Positions 1 through 9,679 of a stretch of DNA of 64,000 bases are shown in pieces. Under the pieces are notes generated by a model. It worked only from the letters and a program-made list of their open reading frames with translations. It did no database searches and was not told where the DNA came from. Source of the stretch: an uncultured Chloroflexia bacterium (GTDB lineage: Bacteria; Chloroflexota; Limnocylindria; Limnocylindrales; CSP1-4); contig CAVUJW010000023.1 of NCBI GenBank assembly GCA_963741915.1, positions 310,968 through 374,967 of the forward strand, read 5' to 3'. The first letter of the stretch is position 1. Every line of letters begins with the position of its first letter. Position numbers and translations under genes: made by a program.

Positions 1-1167
1 GATGCGCAATTCCTGAATCATTCGCTTGACGAGCGTCAGCTCCTTCCCGAAGTTGATCACCCCCAGGCGGGTCAACCGTCTCAGACCGGAGATCGTGGTG
101 TTGATCCGCACGCTCAGCTGGAGGAACAGTCCCTGCGCCTTCCGGTCCTCCGTGACCAGGGCCACGCCATTGCGGATGGCCGCGGCCGGGGAGCGCGGCT
201 TGTACGGCTTGCCGGCGATGCGCATCTCGCCGCTGGACGGGTCCGCGCCGAAGATGGCACGCGCCAGCTCCGTCCGCCCCGATCCCACGATGCCCGCGAA
301 CCCGACGATCTCGCCTGCATGGAGCTGGAACGAGATCTCCCGCAGTAGCTTCGACTGCGAGAGGCTTCTCACCTCGAGCAGGACGTCGCCTTGCTCTACG
401 GTCCGCTTCGGGTACACGTCCTTCAGGTCGCGCCCGATCATGAGCTTGACCAGGTCATCCATCGTCACGTCGGCGACGCGCTGCGTGGAGATGTAGCGCC
501 CATCCTTGAGGATCGTGACCTCGTCGGCCAGCGCGAAGATCTCCCTCAGGCGGTGGGAGATGTAGACGATCCCGATCCCTTGTGCCTGGAGGGAGCGGAC
601 GACCCGGAACAGGTTCTCGAGATCCTTCTCGCCCAGCAGGGCGGACGGCTCGTCCATGACCAGGATGCGGGTCTTCCGGTTGAGGGCCTTGGCGATCTCG
701 ACGAGCTGCTGCTCGGCGACGGACAGCGACGAGATCGGGGCATCGACCGAGAACTGGACCCCAAGCGTGTCGAGGATCTCACGCGTCCGGGCCTTGACCG
801 CCGACCAGTCCACCCTCCCCCCCTTCGTGGGCAGGTGTCCGAGGAAGACGTTCTCGGCGACCGTGAGGTCGCGGGCGAGGTTGAACTCCTGGTAGATCGT
901 CGAGATGCCCAGCGCCTGCGCGTCGTGCGGGCCGCGGATCTCGACGGGTTGTCCCTCGAACAGGATCTGCCCCTCGTCCTTGGCATACGCGCCCGAGAGG
1001 ATCTTGATCAGCGTGGACTTGCCGGCCCCGTTCTCGCCGAGGAGGGCGTGGACCTGGCCCTCCTTGACGGTCAGCTGGACGCCTTCCAGCGCCCGGACGC
1101 CGGGGAACGTCTTCCCGATGCCCCTCATCTCCAGCAGGACGTTGCCGGGGGAGGTGGAACCACTCAT
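1..1167 (-). CDS. sugar (ribose/xylose-type) ABC transporter ATP-binding protein with two NBDs; C-terminal end runs off the window
   Basis: Own translation of the minus strand from ATG 1167-1165: MSGSTSPGNVLLEMRGIGKTFPGVRALEGVQLTVKEGQVHALLGENGAGKSTLIKIL (Walker A). Second NBD seen as GFAGIVGSGRTELARAIFG. Absent from the ORF track because no stop lies inside the window. The + ORF 391..1221 is its antisense shadow. Confidence 0.9.
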   Translation of the reverse strand, partial: MSGSTSPGNVLLEMRGIGKTFPGVRALEGVQLTVKEGQVHALLGENGAGKSTLIKILSGAYAKDEGQILFEGQPVEIRGPHDAQALGISTIYQEFNLARDLTVAENVFLGHLPTKGGRVDWSAVKARTREILDTLGVQFSVDAPISSLSVAEQQLVEIAKALNRKTRILVMDEPSALLGEKDLENLFRVVRSLQAQGIGIVYISHRLREIFALADEVTILKDGRYISTQRVADVTMDDLVKLMIGRDLKDVYPKRTVEQGDVLLEVRSLSQSKLLREISFQLHAGEIVGFAGIVGSGRTELARAIFGADPSSGEMRIAGKPYKPRSPAAAIRNGVALVTEDRKAQGLFLQLSVRINTTISGLRRLTRLGVINFGKELTLVKRMIQELRI

Positions 1168-1188
1168 CGCGACATGCCTCCCGACTCG

Positions 1189-2199
1189 CTACTTGCTGCG
1201 GTGCGACAGCGCGTCGACTGAGACCGCGAGGATCACGAGGACGCCGGTAATGAGGACCTGGTAGTTGGACTCGACCCCCATCAGCTGGAGGCCATTGCGG
1301 AACACGCCGACGATGAGCGCCCCGATGAGCGTGCCGAAGATCAGGCCCCGTCCCCCGAAGAGGCTCGTGCCGCCCAGGACCACGGCCGTAATGGCGGCGA
1401 GGTTGTCCTGCGTCCCCGCGCCTCCGGAGTTGGGGTCGCCAACGCCGGTGCGCGCGACCAGGAGCAGGCCGGCGATGGCATAGAACAGGCCGGCCGTGGC
1501 GTACACGCCCATGAGGACGCGGTTCGTGTTGATGCCGGCGAGTCGCGCGGCCTCCGGGTTGTCACCGACCGCGTACACGGCCCGCCCGGCGGCCGTCGAG
1601 CGGAGCACCCACCACACGATCACGTACAGGATCAGCATCACCACCGAGCCGTAGGTGATGTCGGTGCCAGCGAGCGTGAAGGTGTTCCCCAGGAATGTCT
1701 GGACGTCGGGCAGCCGGTTGATCGTCTCGCTGGTGTAGATGTGGACCAGGGCTGTGGCGATGCTGAATGTGCCCAGCGTCACGATGAACGGTGGCAGCCT
1801 GATGGCGGTGACGAGCCAGCCGTTCAGGAGGCCGAACCCCATGCCGACGAGGAGGCCGACGAAGATCGCGACGACGGGATCCATGCCGGATCGCACGGTT
1901 AGCCCGGTCATCATCACGGTAGACAGGGCCATGATCCAGGAGCACGAAAGGTCGATCCCGGCCGTGAGGATGATCAGCGTCTGACCGATGGCCAGGGTGC
2001 CGACCACCATCACCTGCTGGAGGATCAACGAGAAGTTGGATCCGGAGAGGAACTTGTCGCTCTGGGTGGCGAAGACGACGATCGCCAGCGCGAGTGCGGC
2101 CAGGGGGCCCATGATCGCCGAGCCCCCAAGGATGTTCAGGGCGCCGGATCGACGTCTTGTGACCCGGCTGACGAGTGCGCCCATGGGCCATCCTCCCAA
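1189..2199 (-). CDS. sugar ABC transporter permease (RbsC-like)
   Basis: 336-aa track ORF, polytopic hydrophobic sequence with GQTLIILTAGIDLS. Lies between the ATPase and the binding protein on the same strand. Confidence 0.88.
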   Translation of the reverse strand: MGGWPMGALVSRVTRRRSGALNILGGSAIMGPLAALALAIVVFATQSDKFLSGSNFSLILQQVMVVGTLAIGQTLIILTAGIDLSCSWIMALSTVMMTGLTVRSGMDPVVAIFVGLLVGMGFGLLNGWLVTAIRLPPFIVTLGTFSIATALVHIYTSETINRLPDVQTFLGNTFTLAGTDITYGSVVMLILYVIVWWVLRSTAAGRAVYAVGDNPEAARLAGINTNRVLMGVYATAGLFYAIAGLLLVARTGVGDPNSGGAGTQDNLAAITAVVLGGTSLFGGRGLIFGTLIGALIVGVFRNGLQLMGVESNYQVLITGVLVILAVSVDALSHRSK

Positions 2200-2208
2200 C
2201 GAGAAGGG

Positions 2209-2233
2209 GGCGGCGGGGCCGCGCCCCGCCGCC
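2209..2233 (-). terminator. intercistronic GC-rich stem-loop (11-bp stem, 3-nt loop) between binding-protein and permease genes
   Basis: ggcggcggggc-cgc-gccccgccgcc read directly. No U-tract, so it is more likely an mRNA-stabilising or attenuating hairpin than a full terminator. Confidence 0.45.
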
Positions 2234-2250
2234 AGCCAGTCAGGTCGAGC

Positions 2251-3294
2251 TTACTTGGTGCCCCAGCAGTTGGCAGTGCCGTACGCGGAGTCCTTGCTGT
2301 CCACGCCGGCTTGGGCCTTGTCCGTGATCAGGGTGACACCCGTGTCGGTGTAGCCGCTCGGCTTGGTGCCATTGGCGGCAAAGTCATAGAGCGCCTGAAC
2401 GCCGAGCGATGCCATCTTGAGCGGATACTGCTGCGACGTCGCGGCAATCTGGCCATCCACAACGCCCTGGACGCCCTGGCAGCCGCCGTCCACAGAGACG
2501 ATGGTGGCGGCGTCCTGCTTGCCGGCGGCCTTGATCGCCGTGTAGGCGCCGAACGCGGCGGGCTCGTTGATCGTGTAGACGAGATTGATATTGGGGTTCT
2601 TGGTCAGGCAGTTCTCCATGGCGGTCTGGCCTTCGGTCTGGTCGCCGTGGGTGTCCTGTGAGCAGACGACCGCCGCGTTGGTCGCGAGTTCGGTGGAGTT
2701 CGGGTCGATGCCGCTGACCAGGCCGAAGCCCTGCAGGAAACCGTTGTGGCGCTGGGCGCCCACGGTGATGCCCGGCTGCAGGTCGAGCGTCGCGATGACC
2801 GGGGTCTTGCCGGCCATGTACTCCTTGGCCCATTGGCCGATCAGGAGCCCGGCATTGAAGTTGTTGGTGGCGAACAGCGCGTCGACCGCCGACTGCGGAT
2901 CCGTGGCCGTGTCGAGCGCGATGACGACGACACCCTTGTCGCGGGCCTTCTGGATGCTCGGGACGATGGCCTTGGTGTCGCTCGGAGTGATGAGGATGCC
3001 CTTGGCCCCCGCGTTGACCATGTTCTCGAGGGCCGTGACCTGACCCGCGTTGTCGCCGTCCTTGGCGCCGGCGCCGGTGAGCAGCTTGATGCCGAGCTCA
3101 TCCGCCTTGGCCTGGGCGCCTTCCTTCATCTTGACGAAGAACGGGTTGGTCTCCGTCTTCGTGATGAGGCCGACGATGATCTGGCCTCCGGCAGACGCCT
3201 CGCCGGAAGCGGGCGCCTGGGTCGCGCTCGAGCCGCTACAAGCGGCCAGCATGACTCCGGCGATCAGCAGAGTTGCAATAACTTTGAGAGACAC
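2251..3294 (-). CDS. sugar ABC transporter substrate-binding lipoprotein
   Basis: 347-aa ORF with GTG start. Lipoprotein signal LIAGVMLAACSGS, followed by a periplasmic-binding-protein type I-like sequence (GLITKTETNPFFVKMKEGA). Confidence 0.88.
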   Translation of the reverse strand: MSLKVIATLLIAGVMLAACSGSSATQAPASGEASAGGQIIVGLITKTETNPFFVKMKEGAQAKADELGIKLLTGAGAKDGDNAGQVTALENMVNAGAKGILITPSDTKAIVPSIQKARDKGVVVIALDTATDPQSAVDALFATNNFNAGLLIGQWAKEYMAGKTPVIATLDLQPGITVGAQRHNGFLQGFGLVSGIDPNSTELATNAAVVCSQDTHGDQTEGQTAMENCLTKNPNINLVYTINEPAAFGAYTAIKAAGKQDAATIVSVDGGCQGVQGVVDGQIAATSQQYPLKMASLGVQALYDFAANGTKPSGYTDTGVTLITDKAQAGVDSKDSAYGTANCWGTK

Positions 3295-3321
3295 CGGATT
3301 GCTCCTCCTTCGATCGATGGC

Positions 3322-3337
3322 CTGACAACGTTGTCAG
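3322..3337. promoter_or_regulatory. candidate LacI-family operator, perfect 16-nt palindrome CTGACAACGTTGTCAG
   Basis: Read directly in the divergent intergenic region between the binding-protein gene and the LacI gene. It has the CG-centred TGnAAnCGnTTnCA-type symmetry typical of LacI/GalR operators. Confidence 0.6.
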
Positions 3338-3408
3338 ACTCGAACGATATGCCCGCACCCTCCGATTTGTCAATACCCATCTTGATCTTGCGTGTCAGAG
3401 CGCGTACG

Positions 3409-4491
3409 ATGCCAAGTATGTCAACCACGACAACGTTATCAACAGGCGGCTCCGAGGACCTCGCTCGGCCGACGATGCGGGACGTAGCCGCTCTGGCGCG
3501 CGTCGGACTCAAGACGGTCTCGCGGGTGATCAACGGCGAGCCGGGGGTGTCGCCGGAGCTTCGCGCCCGCGTGCAGCGCGCGATCGACCAGCTCGACTAC
3601 CTACCGAACCTCACCGCTAGCAGCCTTCGCCGCTCGAGCGGGCGAAGCGCGACGATCGGCCTGATCCTCGAGAACGTCGCCAACCCGTTCTCATCCGGCC
3701 TTCACCGTGCGATCGGGGATGTCGCCTGGGCAAGGGGCGTCCAGGTGTTCTCGGGCAGCGTCGACGAGGACGCAATCCGTGAACGGCTGCTGGTATCGAC
3801 GTTCGCCGGTCGGCGCGTCGACGGCCTCGTCGTGGTCCCCGCCAGCCACGATCACAGCTACCTGCTCGGCCACAAGCAGGCCGGAATCGCCATCGTGTTC
3901 GTCGACCGCCCGGCCGAGTTCCTCGACGTGGACGCCATCGTGAGCGACAACCGGGGCGGCTCGGAGGAGGCTGTGCGCCACCTACTCGCCGTGGGCCACC
4001 GCCGGATCGCATACCTCGGTGACCTCGCGACCGTCTATACCGCGCGGGAGCGGCATGCCGGCTACGTCCGGGGGCTCGAGTCCGCCGGCATCGCCGTCGA
4101 CCCGGCCATCGTGCGCCACGACCTCCAGGACAGCGAAGCCGCCGAGGCCGCGGTCGCCGAGCTGCTCGCCTCGCCCGCCCCGCCGACCGCGCTCTTCACA
4201 AGCCAGAACCTCGTCACCATCGGCGCGGTTCGAGCGCTTCGTGCGGCAGGCGCCCAGCACCAGGTCGCGCTGGTCGGCTTCGACGACGTCCTGCTCGCCG
4301 ACATGCTGCAGCCGGCGGTGACGGTGGTCGCCCAGGATCCGCGCGCCATCGGAACGCTCGCCGCGCAGCTCCTGTTCCTCCGTATGGACGGCGACCTCGC
4401 CCCCACTGCGCTCCACGTCGTCCCGACACGCCTAATCGCGCGGGGTAGCGGCGAGATTGCTCCCCCCGTGGCCCGATCGGTGCGCGGATGA
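3409..4491 (+). CDS. LacI family transcriptional regulator
   Basis: In-frame ATG at 3409 inside track ORF 2746..4491. N-terminal HTH TMRDVAALARVGLKTVSRVINGEPGVSPELRARV, followed by a sugar-binding domain. Confidence 0.88.
   Translation: MPSMSTTTTLSTGGSEDLARPTMRDVAALARVGLKTVSRVINGEPGVSPELRARVQRAIDQLDYLPNLTASSLRRSSGRSATIGLILENVANPFSSGLHRAIGDVAWARGVQVFSGSVDEDAIRERLLVSTFAGRRVDGLVVVPASHDHSYLLGHKQAGIAIVFVDRPAEFLDVDAIVSDNRGGSEEAVRHLLAVGHRRIAYLGDLATVYTARERHAGYVRGLESAGIAVDPAIVRHDLQDSEAAEAAVAELLASPAPPTALFTSQNLVTIGAVRALRAAGAQHQVALVGFDDVLLADMLQPAVTVVAQDPRAIGTLAAQLLFLRMDGDLAPTALHVVPTRLIARGSGEIAPPVARSVRG
3428..3441. promoter_or_regulatory. second, imperfect LacI-type operator half-match (CGACAACGTTATCA)
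   Basis: 12 of 14 positions equal the core of the palindrome at 3322-3337. It lies just inside the 5' end of the LacI gene. Confidence 0.35.
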
Positions 4492-4556
4492 TCAGTACCC
4501 CGACCGCCATCCGATGAGGTGGAGCGACGTGCTCGGTCCCGCCGCAGTCGTCGCGA

Positions 4557-5195
4557 ATGCTTGACGAGCTGACGCGGCGGGCGGCCAACCTTGCGGCGAG
4601 CGGCCGAGCCATTCTCGGGATCACCGGTTGTCCGGGCGGCGGTAAGTCGACGCTTGCGGAGCGGCTGGTCGCGCGCCTCGACCCCGACGAGCAATGGGTG
4701 GTGCGGGTCCCGATGGACGGCTTCCATTTCGCGGACGTCGCGCTCGAGCGCCTGGGCCGCCGACAGCGCAAGGGAGCAATCGATACCTTCGACGCGTTCG
4801 GCTATCTCGCGCTCCTCGGGAGGATCCGGGCCGAGCTGGACAACCCTGTCTATGCGCCCGACTTCGAACGGGTCCTCGAGCAACCGATCGCCGCCAGCAT
4901 CGCGATCGATCCCGACGTCCGGCTCGTCGTCACAGAGGGCAACTACCTCCTGTCCGCCGCCTTGCCGTGGCCCAGGATCCGCGAACTGATAGCGGAGGTC
5001 TGGTACGTCGAGCTCGACGACACCGTCCGCAGGAACCGGCTCGTGGCGAGGCACGTGGCGTTCGGGAAGAGCGAGGCCGAGGCCCGTCGTTGGGTGACCG
5101 AGGTCGACGAGCCGAACGCCCGGCAGATCGCGTCGACGCGCCACCTGGCCGACCTGCTCGTCGACATGGCTGCGCTCGAGGACAACGAGCGCTGA
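4557..5195 (+). CDS. P-loop nucleoside/nucleotide kinase family protein (uridine kinase/PRK-like, FrcK-like)
   Basis: 212-aa ORF with Walker A GCPGGGKST and a PRK/uridine-kinase-like layout. Sits beside the sugar transport locus. Confidence 0.7.
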   Translation: MLDELTRRAANLAASGRAILGITGCPGGGKSTLAERLVARLDPDEQWVVRVPMDGFHFADVALERLGRRQRKGAIDTFDAFGYLALLGRIRAELDNPVYAPDFERVLEQPIAASIAIDPDVRLVVTEGNYLLSAALPWPRIRELIAEVWYVELDDTVRRNRLVARHVAFGKSEAEARRWVTEVDEPNARQIASTRHLADLLVDMAALEDNER

Positions 5196-5391
5196 GCTCG
5201 CGACGGGGACGGCGGCGGGCTCGATCGGCAGTCGAGATCTCGTGGTCTCCGACGAGGACTCCCGGCCACTTCCCGCATTCGATCCAAGGAGAGGATGCTG
5301 TGCCCGGTAGCCCGTTCGGATTGGTCGTGCCCCGCACCGCTCGCGCCTCGCTCGCGCGAACACACCGGAGCGCGGGCTACCTCCAGGACCG

Positions 5392-8130
5392 ATGAAGGGC
5401 AGGACGGCTGCGTGTGGTGGGTCACCGCCACCGATAATCCGGTCTGTGCCGTCGTCCGCATCGGCTGACCCCGAATCAAGCGTCCCGATCGTCGGGACGA
5501 AGCTCCAGGCGCCTGCCTCCGTCTCGGGATACCGCGAGCGCCCGCGGATTAGCGCGCTGCTTGATCGGGGGCTCGATGACAGCGCCCGCCTGACGCTCCT
5601 GTCCGCTCCGCCGGGATACGGCAAGACGGTCGCCGCGACCGGCTGGCTCACGTCGCGCGGTCCTGCTTGCGCCTGGCTCTCGCTCGATGCCGCCGACAAC
5701 GATCTCGCCCGATTCGTTCACTACTTCCTGAGGGCGCTTCGGTCGGTCCGGCCGGACGTTGGCGCGGCGACGCTGGGCCTCTTCGGACCAGGGACGAACC
5801 CCAGCCCGGACCTAGTCGGCGCCACGCTCCTCGACGAGATCGCGGCCACTGACGACCCCTTCGTCTTCCTTCTCGACGACTTTCAGGCCGTGACGGCCGA
5901 GCCGATCCACCGCCTCATCCGCTTCCTCATCGAGCACGGGCCGCCGTTCCTCCATCTCGTCCTGCTGACTCGCGAGGACCCGCCGCTACCACTCGCCCGC
6001 TTGCGCGCTCACAGCCGGCTCGTCGAGTTGCGGGCCGGTGACCTGCGCTACACCGGCGAGGAGGCGTCGGCCTACCTCGCCGACGCGGGTCTCGCGCTCG
6101 ATCCGGAGCTCGCGGAGCGCCTCGTCGAGCGCACCGAGGGCTGGATCGCAGGCCTCCAACTGGCAGCAATCTCCCTAGCGAACCGATCGGATGCGGCCTC
6201 GGTCATCGATGCCTTCAGTGGTAGCCAGCGCTTCGTCCTCGACTATCTCGCCGACGAGGTCCTCGGCCGCATCGACGACGACCTGCGTTCGTTCCTCGTC
6301 CGGACCTCGATCGCCGAGCGGTTTGATTCCGGGCTGTGCCGGGCCCTCACCGGCCAAGAGGATGCCGCCGCGCTGCTTGCTCGCGCCGAGCGCGCCAATC
6401 TGTTCGTGATCGCGCTCGATTCCGAGCGGCGCTGGTATCGCTACCACGGTCTGTTCGCCGACTACCTACGCGCCCAACTCACCGAGCGGGAGCAGGCTGA
6501 GCTCCATGAGCGAGCTGCGACGTACCTCGAGGCGCAGGATCTCGGCCAGGAGGCGATCGCCCATGCCCTCGCTGCGGGTTCGATCGATCGGGCGATCCGC
6601 CTCATCGAGCGCGTGGCGCGCAGGACGTTCGAGGCTGGCGAGCTCACGACCCTGCTCGGTTGGCTCGACGCCCTGCCGGCCGAGCGGCTGGCGGCCAGTG
6701 GTGAGCTCGTCTCTCTGCAGGCCTGGGCGCTCCTCTTCGCCGGCCAGCCGGCTGCGGCTAGGGCCTCTGTCGACAGCCGTCACCTGGAGTCGGGAGCGAG
6801 TGGGCCCGCCGAGGGACGGCTGGTCTCCCTCCGGGCGCTCCTTGCGGCGGTCACTGGACCGGACGCCGAGCACCTCGCTCGAGCCGGCCTGGAGTTGCTC
6901 GACGAGGACGACGATTTCTTCAGGGCGCTGACCCTCCAGGCGTTCGGAATGGCCCAGTGGTCCGGCGGCGACCTGGCGGCGGCCGTCGAGACGTGGCGCT
7001 TGACGCTCGAGGCGGCCAGGCGCACCCGTCAGCCGATGGTGGTCTTCCCGGCGGTGACCGCGCTTGCCAATGGCCTCAACCAGACCGGCCGCCGGGCGGA
7101 GGCCGAGGCCCTCTGCCGCACGATCCTCGAGGAGTACCGAGATGCGGCCGGCAGTTCGCGCCCGATCGCGTGGTGGGTCCGGATGCCGCTCGGCCTGCTC
7201 CGCTACGAGGCGAACGATCTCGTCGAGGCGCGACGCGAGCTCGAGCGAGGGTTCGCGGCGGCCGGCACGTTCGGGGGTGGCCTCCTCGTGGCCTGGGCGG
7301 TGGGCTACCTGGCCCTGGTCCGCGAGGCCACCGGCTCGCCGGAGGCAGCACTCGAGGTTGTTCGAGCCGTCACTCGAGCCACCCGCAGTGCCGGCATGGC
7401 CATCCCCGCCCAGACGTATGAGACCGAGGCACGCATCTTCCTGTCGCGGGGGGATGTTGCTGCCGCGGCGCGGTGGGCAGATCAGGCCACGCCCGAGGCG
7501 CCGGCAAATTCGCCATTGCTGGATTCCCTGCGCCTATCACAGGACGTGACGATCGCCCGTGTCCGTCTCGCCCAGGGCAGGCCGGCCGACGCTCGCGGGC
7601 TGCTCAGGCGCGCGAGGGCTACTGCCGAGGCCACGGGCGCCGTGGCGGATCTGATCTCGATCGGGGTCCTGGAGGCTGCCGCCGCCGAGGCGATCGGCCG
7701 GCGGGCGGAAGCGCGGCGGGCGCTGGACGCGACGATCCGGCTCGCGGCCCCGGGCGGGTACGTTCGGCGGTTCGTCGACGATGGGCCCAGGATCGCCCAT
7801 CTTCTGCCGTTCGTGCGAAAGGCCGCGCCGGACTTCGTCGACGTGGTGGCCACGGCGTTCGCGGGACCGCCATCCGGCGCCGGCACGCGCCGCACCCGCG
7901 GACCGTCGCTCTGGCGGGACGAATCGGGTGAGCTTCTCGAGGCGCTCACCACACGCGAACGCGACGTCCTCCGCCTGATGGCCGAGGGTGCCAGCAACGG
8001 CGAGATCGCGGACGGACTGTCCGTGTCCGTCGGCACGGCCCGCTGGCACGTCGGCAACGTCCTGGCCAAGCTCGGGGTGAGGAGCCGCACGCAGGCGCTC
8101 GTGCGCGCCCAGCACCTGGGCCTCGTTTAG
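5392..8130 (+). CDS. LAL-family (MalT-like STAND ATPase + LuxR HTH) transcriptional regulator, copy 1
   Basis: 912-aa ORF. Walker A LLSAPPGYGKT, long helical/TPR-like middle, C-terminal LuxR HTH LTTRERDVLRLMAEGASNGEIADGLSVSVGTARWHVGNVLAKLG. Exact start uncertain. Confidence 0.88.
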   Translation: MKGRTAACGGSPPPIIRSVPSSASADPESSVPIVGTKLQAPASVSGYRERPRISALLDRGLDDSARLTLLSAPPGYGKTVAATGWLTSRGPACAWLSLDAADNDLARFVHYFLRALRSVRPDVGAATLGLFGPGTNPSPDLVGATLLDEIAATDDPFVFLLDDFQAVTAEPIHRLIRFLIEHGPPFLHLVLLTREDPPLPLARLRAHSRLVELRAGDLRYTGEEASAYLADAGLALDPELAERLVERTEGWIAGLQLAAISLANRSDAASVIDAFSGSQRFVLDYLADEVLGRIDDDLRSFLVRTSIAERFDSGLCRALTGQEDAAALLARAERANLFVIALDSERRWYRYHGLFADYLRAQLTEREQAELHERAATYLEAQDLGQEAIAHALAAGSIDRAIRLIERVARRTFEAGELTTLLGWLDALPAERLAASGELVSLQAWALLFAGQPAAARASVDSRHLESGASGPAEGRLVSLRALLAAVTGPDAEHLARAGLELLDEDDDFFRALTLQAFGMAQWSGGDLAAAVETWRLTLEAARRTRQPMVVFPAVTALANGLNQTGRRAEAEALCRTILEEYRDAAGSSRPIAWWVRMPLGLLRYEANDLVEARRELERGFAAAGTFGGGLLVAWAVGYLALVREATGSPEAALEVVRAVTRATRSAGMAIPAQTYETEARIFLSRGDVAAAARWADQATPEAPANSPLLDSLRLSQDVTIARVRLAQGRPADARGLLRRARATAEATGAVADLISIGVLEAAAAEAIGRRAEARRALDATIRLAAPGGYVRRFVDDGPRIAHLLPFVRKAAPDFVDVVATAFAGPPSGAGTRRTRGPSLWRDESGELLEALTTRERDVLRLMAEGASNGEIADGLSVSVGTARWHVGNVLAKLGVRSRTQALVRAQHLGLV

Positions 8131-8248
8131 TCACCCCCTCGCCGGACCCACTCGAGCCGGCGGGCGGTAGAGCCTGCGTTTCTGCAGGCATGGCCTCCCT
8201 GCTCTTCTCCAGGCGCGAACTTGCGGGCCGATGGCCAAGATCGGACTC

Positions 8249-8590
8249 ATGGAGTGCTACGAGATCCAGGTCGTCGGCCACCTCGACATGCGGAGGGTGC
8301 GCGCCCTCGGCTGTGGGGAATTCCGGCGTCTGCCCTCCGGCGATTCCGTCCTGATCTTCGCCGCGCTCGACCAGACAGCGCTCTACGGCCTGTTGGCCCG
8401 GCTCCGCGATGCGGGCCTCGCGCTCGTGTCCGTCCGACGCGTTCAAAACCCAAGCCGGGCTCGGCCGCCCGGACCCTGTATGAAAGGTGATCAACATGAG
8501 TTCGATCGATGTCAACCCGATCCAGCAAGTCCCACGGCCGCCGGCACTGGGCGGGGCGGATCCGCAGGCCAACCGGCTCTCGTCCGCTGA
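8249..8590 (+). CDS. small conserved hypothetical protein (YEI[RQ]V...DQxAL.GLL.RLRD.GL family), copy 1
   Basis: MECYEIQVVGHLDMRRVRALGCGEFRRLPSGDSVLIFAALDQTALYGLLARLRDAGLALVSV aligns with 13657..13905 and 23079..23336. The track start is 8231; I prefer 8249 by homology. The ~45-aa C-terminal tail is non-homologous and overlaps the next gene, so the true stop is uncertain. Confidence 0.6.
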   Translation: MECYEIQVVGHLDMRRVRALGCGEFRRLPSGDSVLIFAALDQTALYGLLARLRDAGLALVSVRRVQNPSRARPPGPCMKGDQHEFDRCQPDPASPTAAGTGRGGSAGQPALVR

Positions 8591-9092
8591 ACGGATCGGC
8601 CTGGTCCTGCACCGCGGCCTGGACAGGTGGCTCACGCCGCTGGGCATCTGGGTCATGCGCCGCTCGAACGGCGCCATCACCGACTCGCGGATCGCTCGCA
8701 TGCTCGGGGCGCGGCGCGAGGTGGACGTCCTCTTGCTCACAACCCGCGGTCGCCGATCAGGGCGCGAGCGCACGGTCGTCCTCCAGTTCTTCCCCGACGG
8801 CGACGCGATGGTCGTCACCGCGGCCAATGACGGCGGGACCGCCCATCCGGGCTGGTACTTCAACCTGCAGGGCGATCCCTCCGCCCGGGTCGAGGTCCGG
8901 GGCCGGACGATCCGAGTCCACGCCGAGGAGCTGCCCGCCGAGGCAGCGGCGGACTGGTGGCAGCGGATCGTCAATCGCGACCCCAACTACGAGCGGTACG
9001 CCCGCGCGACAAGCCGAACGTTCCCCGTCGTCCGACTGGTTCCCACGTCCGAGTGGCTGACCAGCGGCGCCGGGCAAGGCACACAAGCCTGA
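8487..9092 (+). CDS. nitroreductase-family deazaflavin (F420H2)-dependent oxidoreductase (Ddn-like)
   Basis: 201-aa ORF containing LLLTTRGRRSGRERTVVLQFFPDGDAMVVTAANDGGTAHPGWYFNLQGDPSARVEV...FPVVRLVP, characteristic of the split beta-barrel F420H2-dependent quinone reductase family. An alternative ATG lies at 8496. Confidence 0.82.
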   Translation: MINMSSIDVNPIQQVPRPPALGGADPQANRLSSAERIGLVLHRGLDRWLTPLGIWVMRRSNGAITDSRIARMLGARREVDVLLLTTRGRRSGRERTVVLQFFPDGDAMVVTAANDGGTAHPGWYFNLQGDPSARVEVRGRTIRVHAEELPAEAAADWWQRIVNRDPNYERYARATSRTFPVVRLVPTSEWLTSGAGQGTQA

Positions 9093-9105
9093 CAAGGAGA
9101 AGAGC

Positions 9106-9561
9106 GTGCTCTCGCCCTCGGTTCTCAAGATCATCATCGTCGTCGCACTCGCCGCCCACGGCATCGCCCACGCCATCGCTCTCGGTGGGCTTATCGGTCA
9201 AAGCGCTGGTGGCGCCTCGGCCTCCCAGGTCGCCGTTCGGTCGTGGCTGCTGCCGGGGCTCGGGCCCAATGCGGCAGCCGCCGTGGCGATCCCACTCTGG
9301 CTCGTGGCGACCGTCGGCTTCGTGGTGGCCGCGCTGTCGTTCTGGGGCGTCTTCGTCCCGAACGCACCATGGCGGCAGATCGCCGTCGCATCCGCGATCG
9401 CATCGCTCGTCGGCGTCATATTCCTCGCGGGCATCTGGCCAGGCTCGCCAACCGAACCGCGGTCGATGCTGAACTCCGGGATCGCGGTGACGATGAACGT
9501 CGCGGTCCTGCTGACCCTACTGTGGCTGCACTGGCCGGAGCAGGCGGTGTTTGGCAAGTGA
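9106..9561 (+). CDS. 4-TM membrane protein of unknown function (paralogue of 13215..13649)
   Basis: 151-aa hydrophobic ORF. The end ...NVAVLLTLLWLHWPEQAVFGK matches ...NVAVLVALLGLHWPPEAMFGR of the paralogue. Confidence 0.7.
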   Translation: MLSPSVLKIIIVVALAAHGIAHAIALGGLIGQSAGGASASQVAVRSWLLPGLGPNAAAAVAIPLWLVATVGFVVAALSFWGVFVPNAPWRQIAVASAIASLVGVIFLAGIWPGSPTEPRSMLNSGIAVTMNVAVLLTLLWLHWPEQAVFGK

Positions 9562-9679
9562 GGCTTACCGTCGACCGGATCCGGCCGTACACCCGCCCGT
9601 TCCCGGCCCATGGCGAAGGCATGCGTCCGAGTACAAGAGGACGGTGGTTGGGCGGCGGGCGTCCTACGCTACACATGCC

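Noticed and set aside
391-1221. 276-aa plus-strand ORF (and 546..986, 656..895, 905..1264)
   Set aside because: Antisense shadows of the ABC ATPase gene. Composition is Asp/Arg/Leu/Gly-rich with no motifs, whereas the minus strand gives textbook Walker and signature motifs.
4062-5699. 545-aa minus-strand ORF spanning LacI, the kinase and the LAL start
   Set aside because: It runs antisense across three well-supported plus-strand genes. The sequence is Arg/Pro/Ser-rich low complexity, typical of open antisense frames in high-GC DNA.
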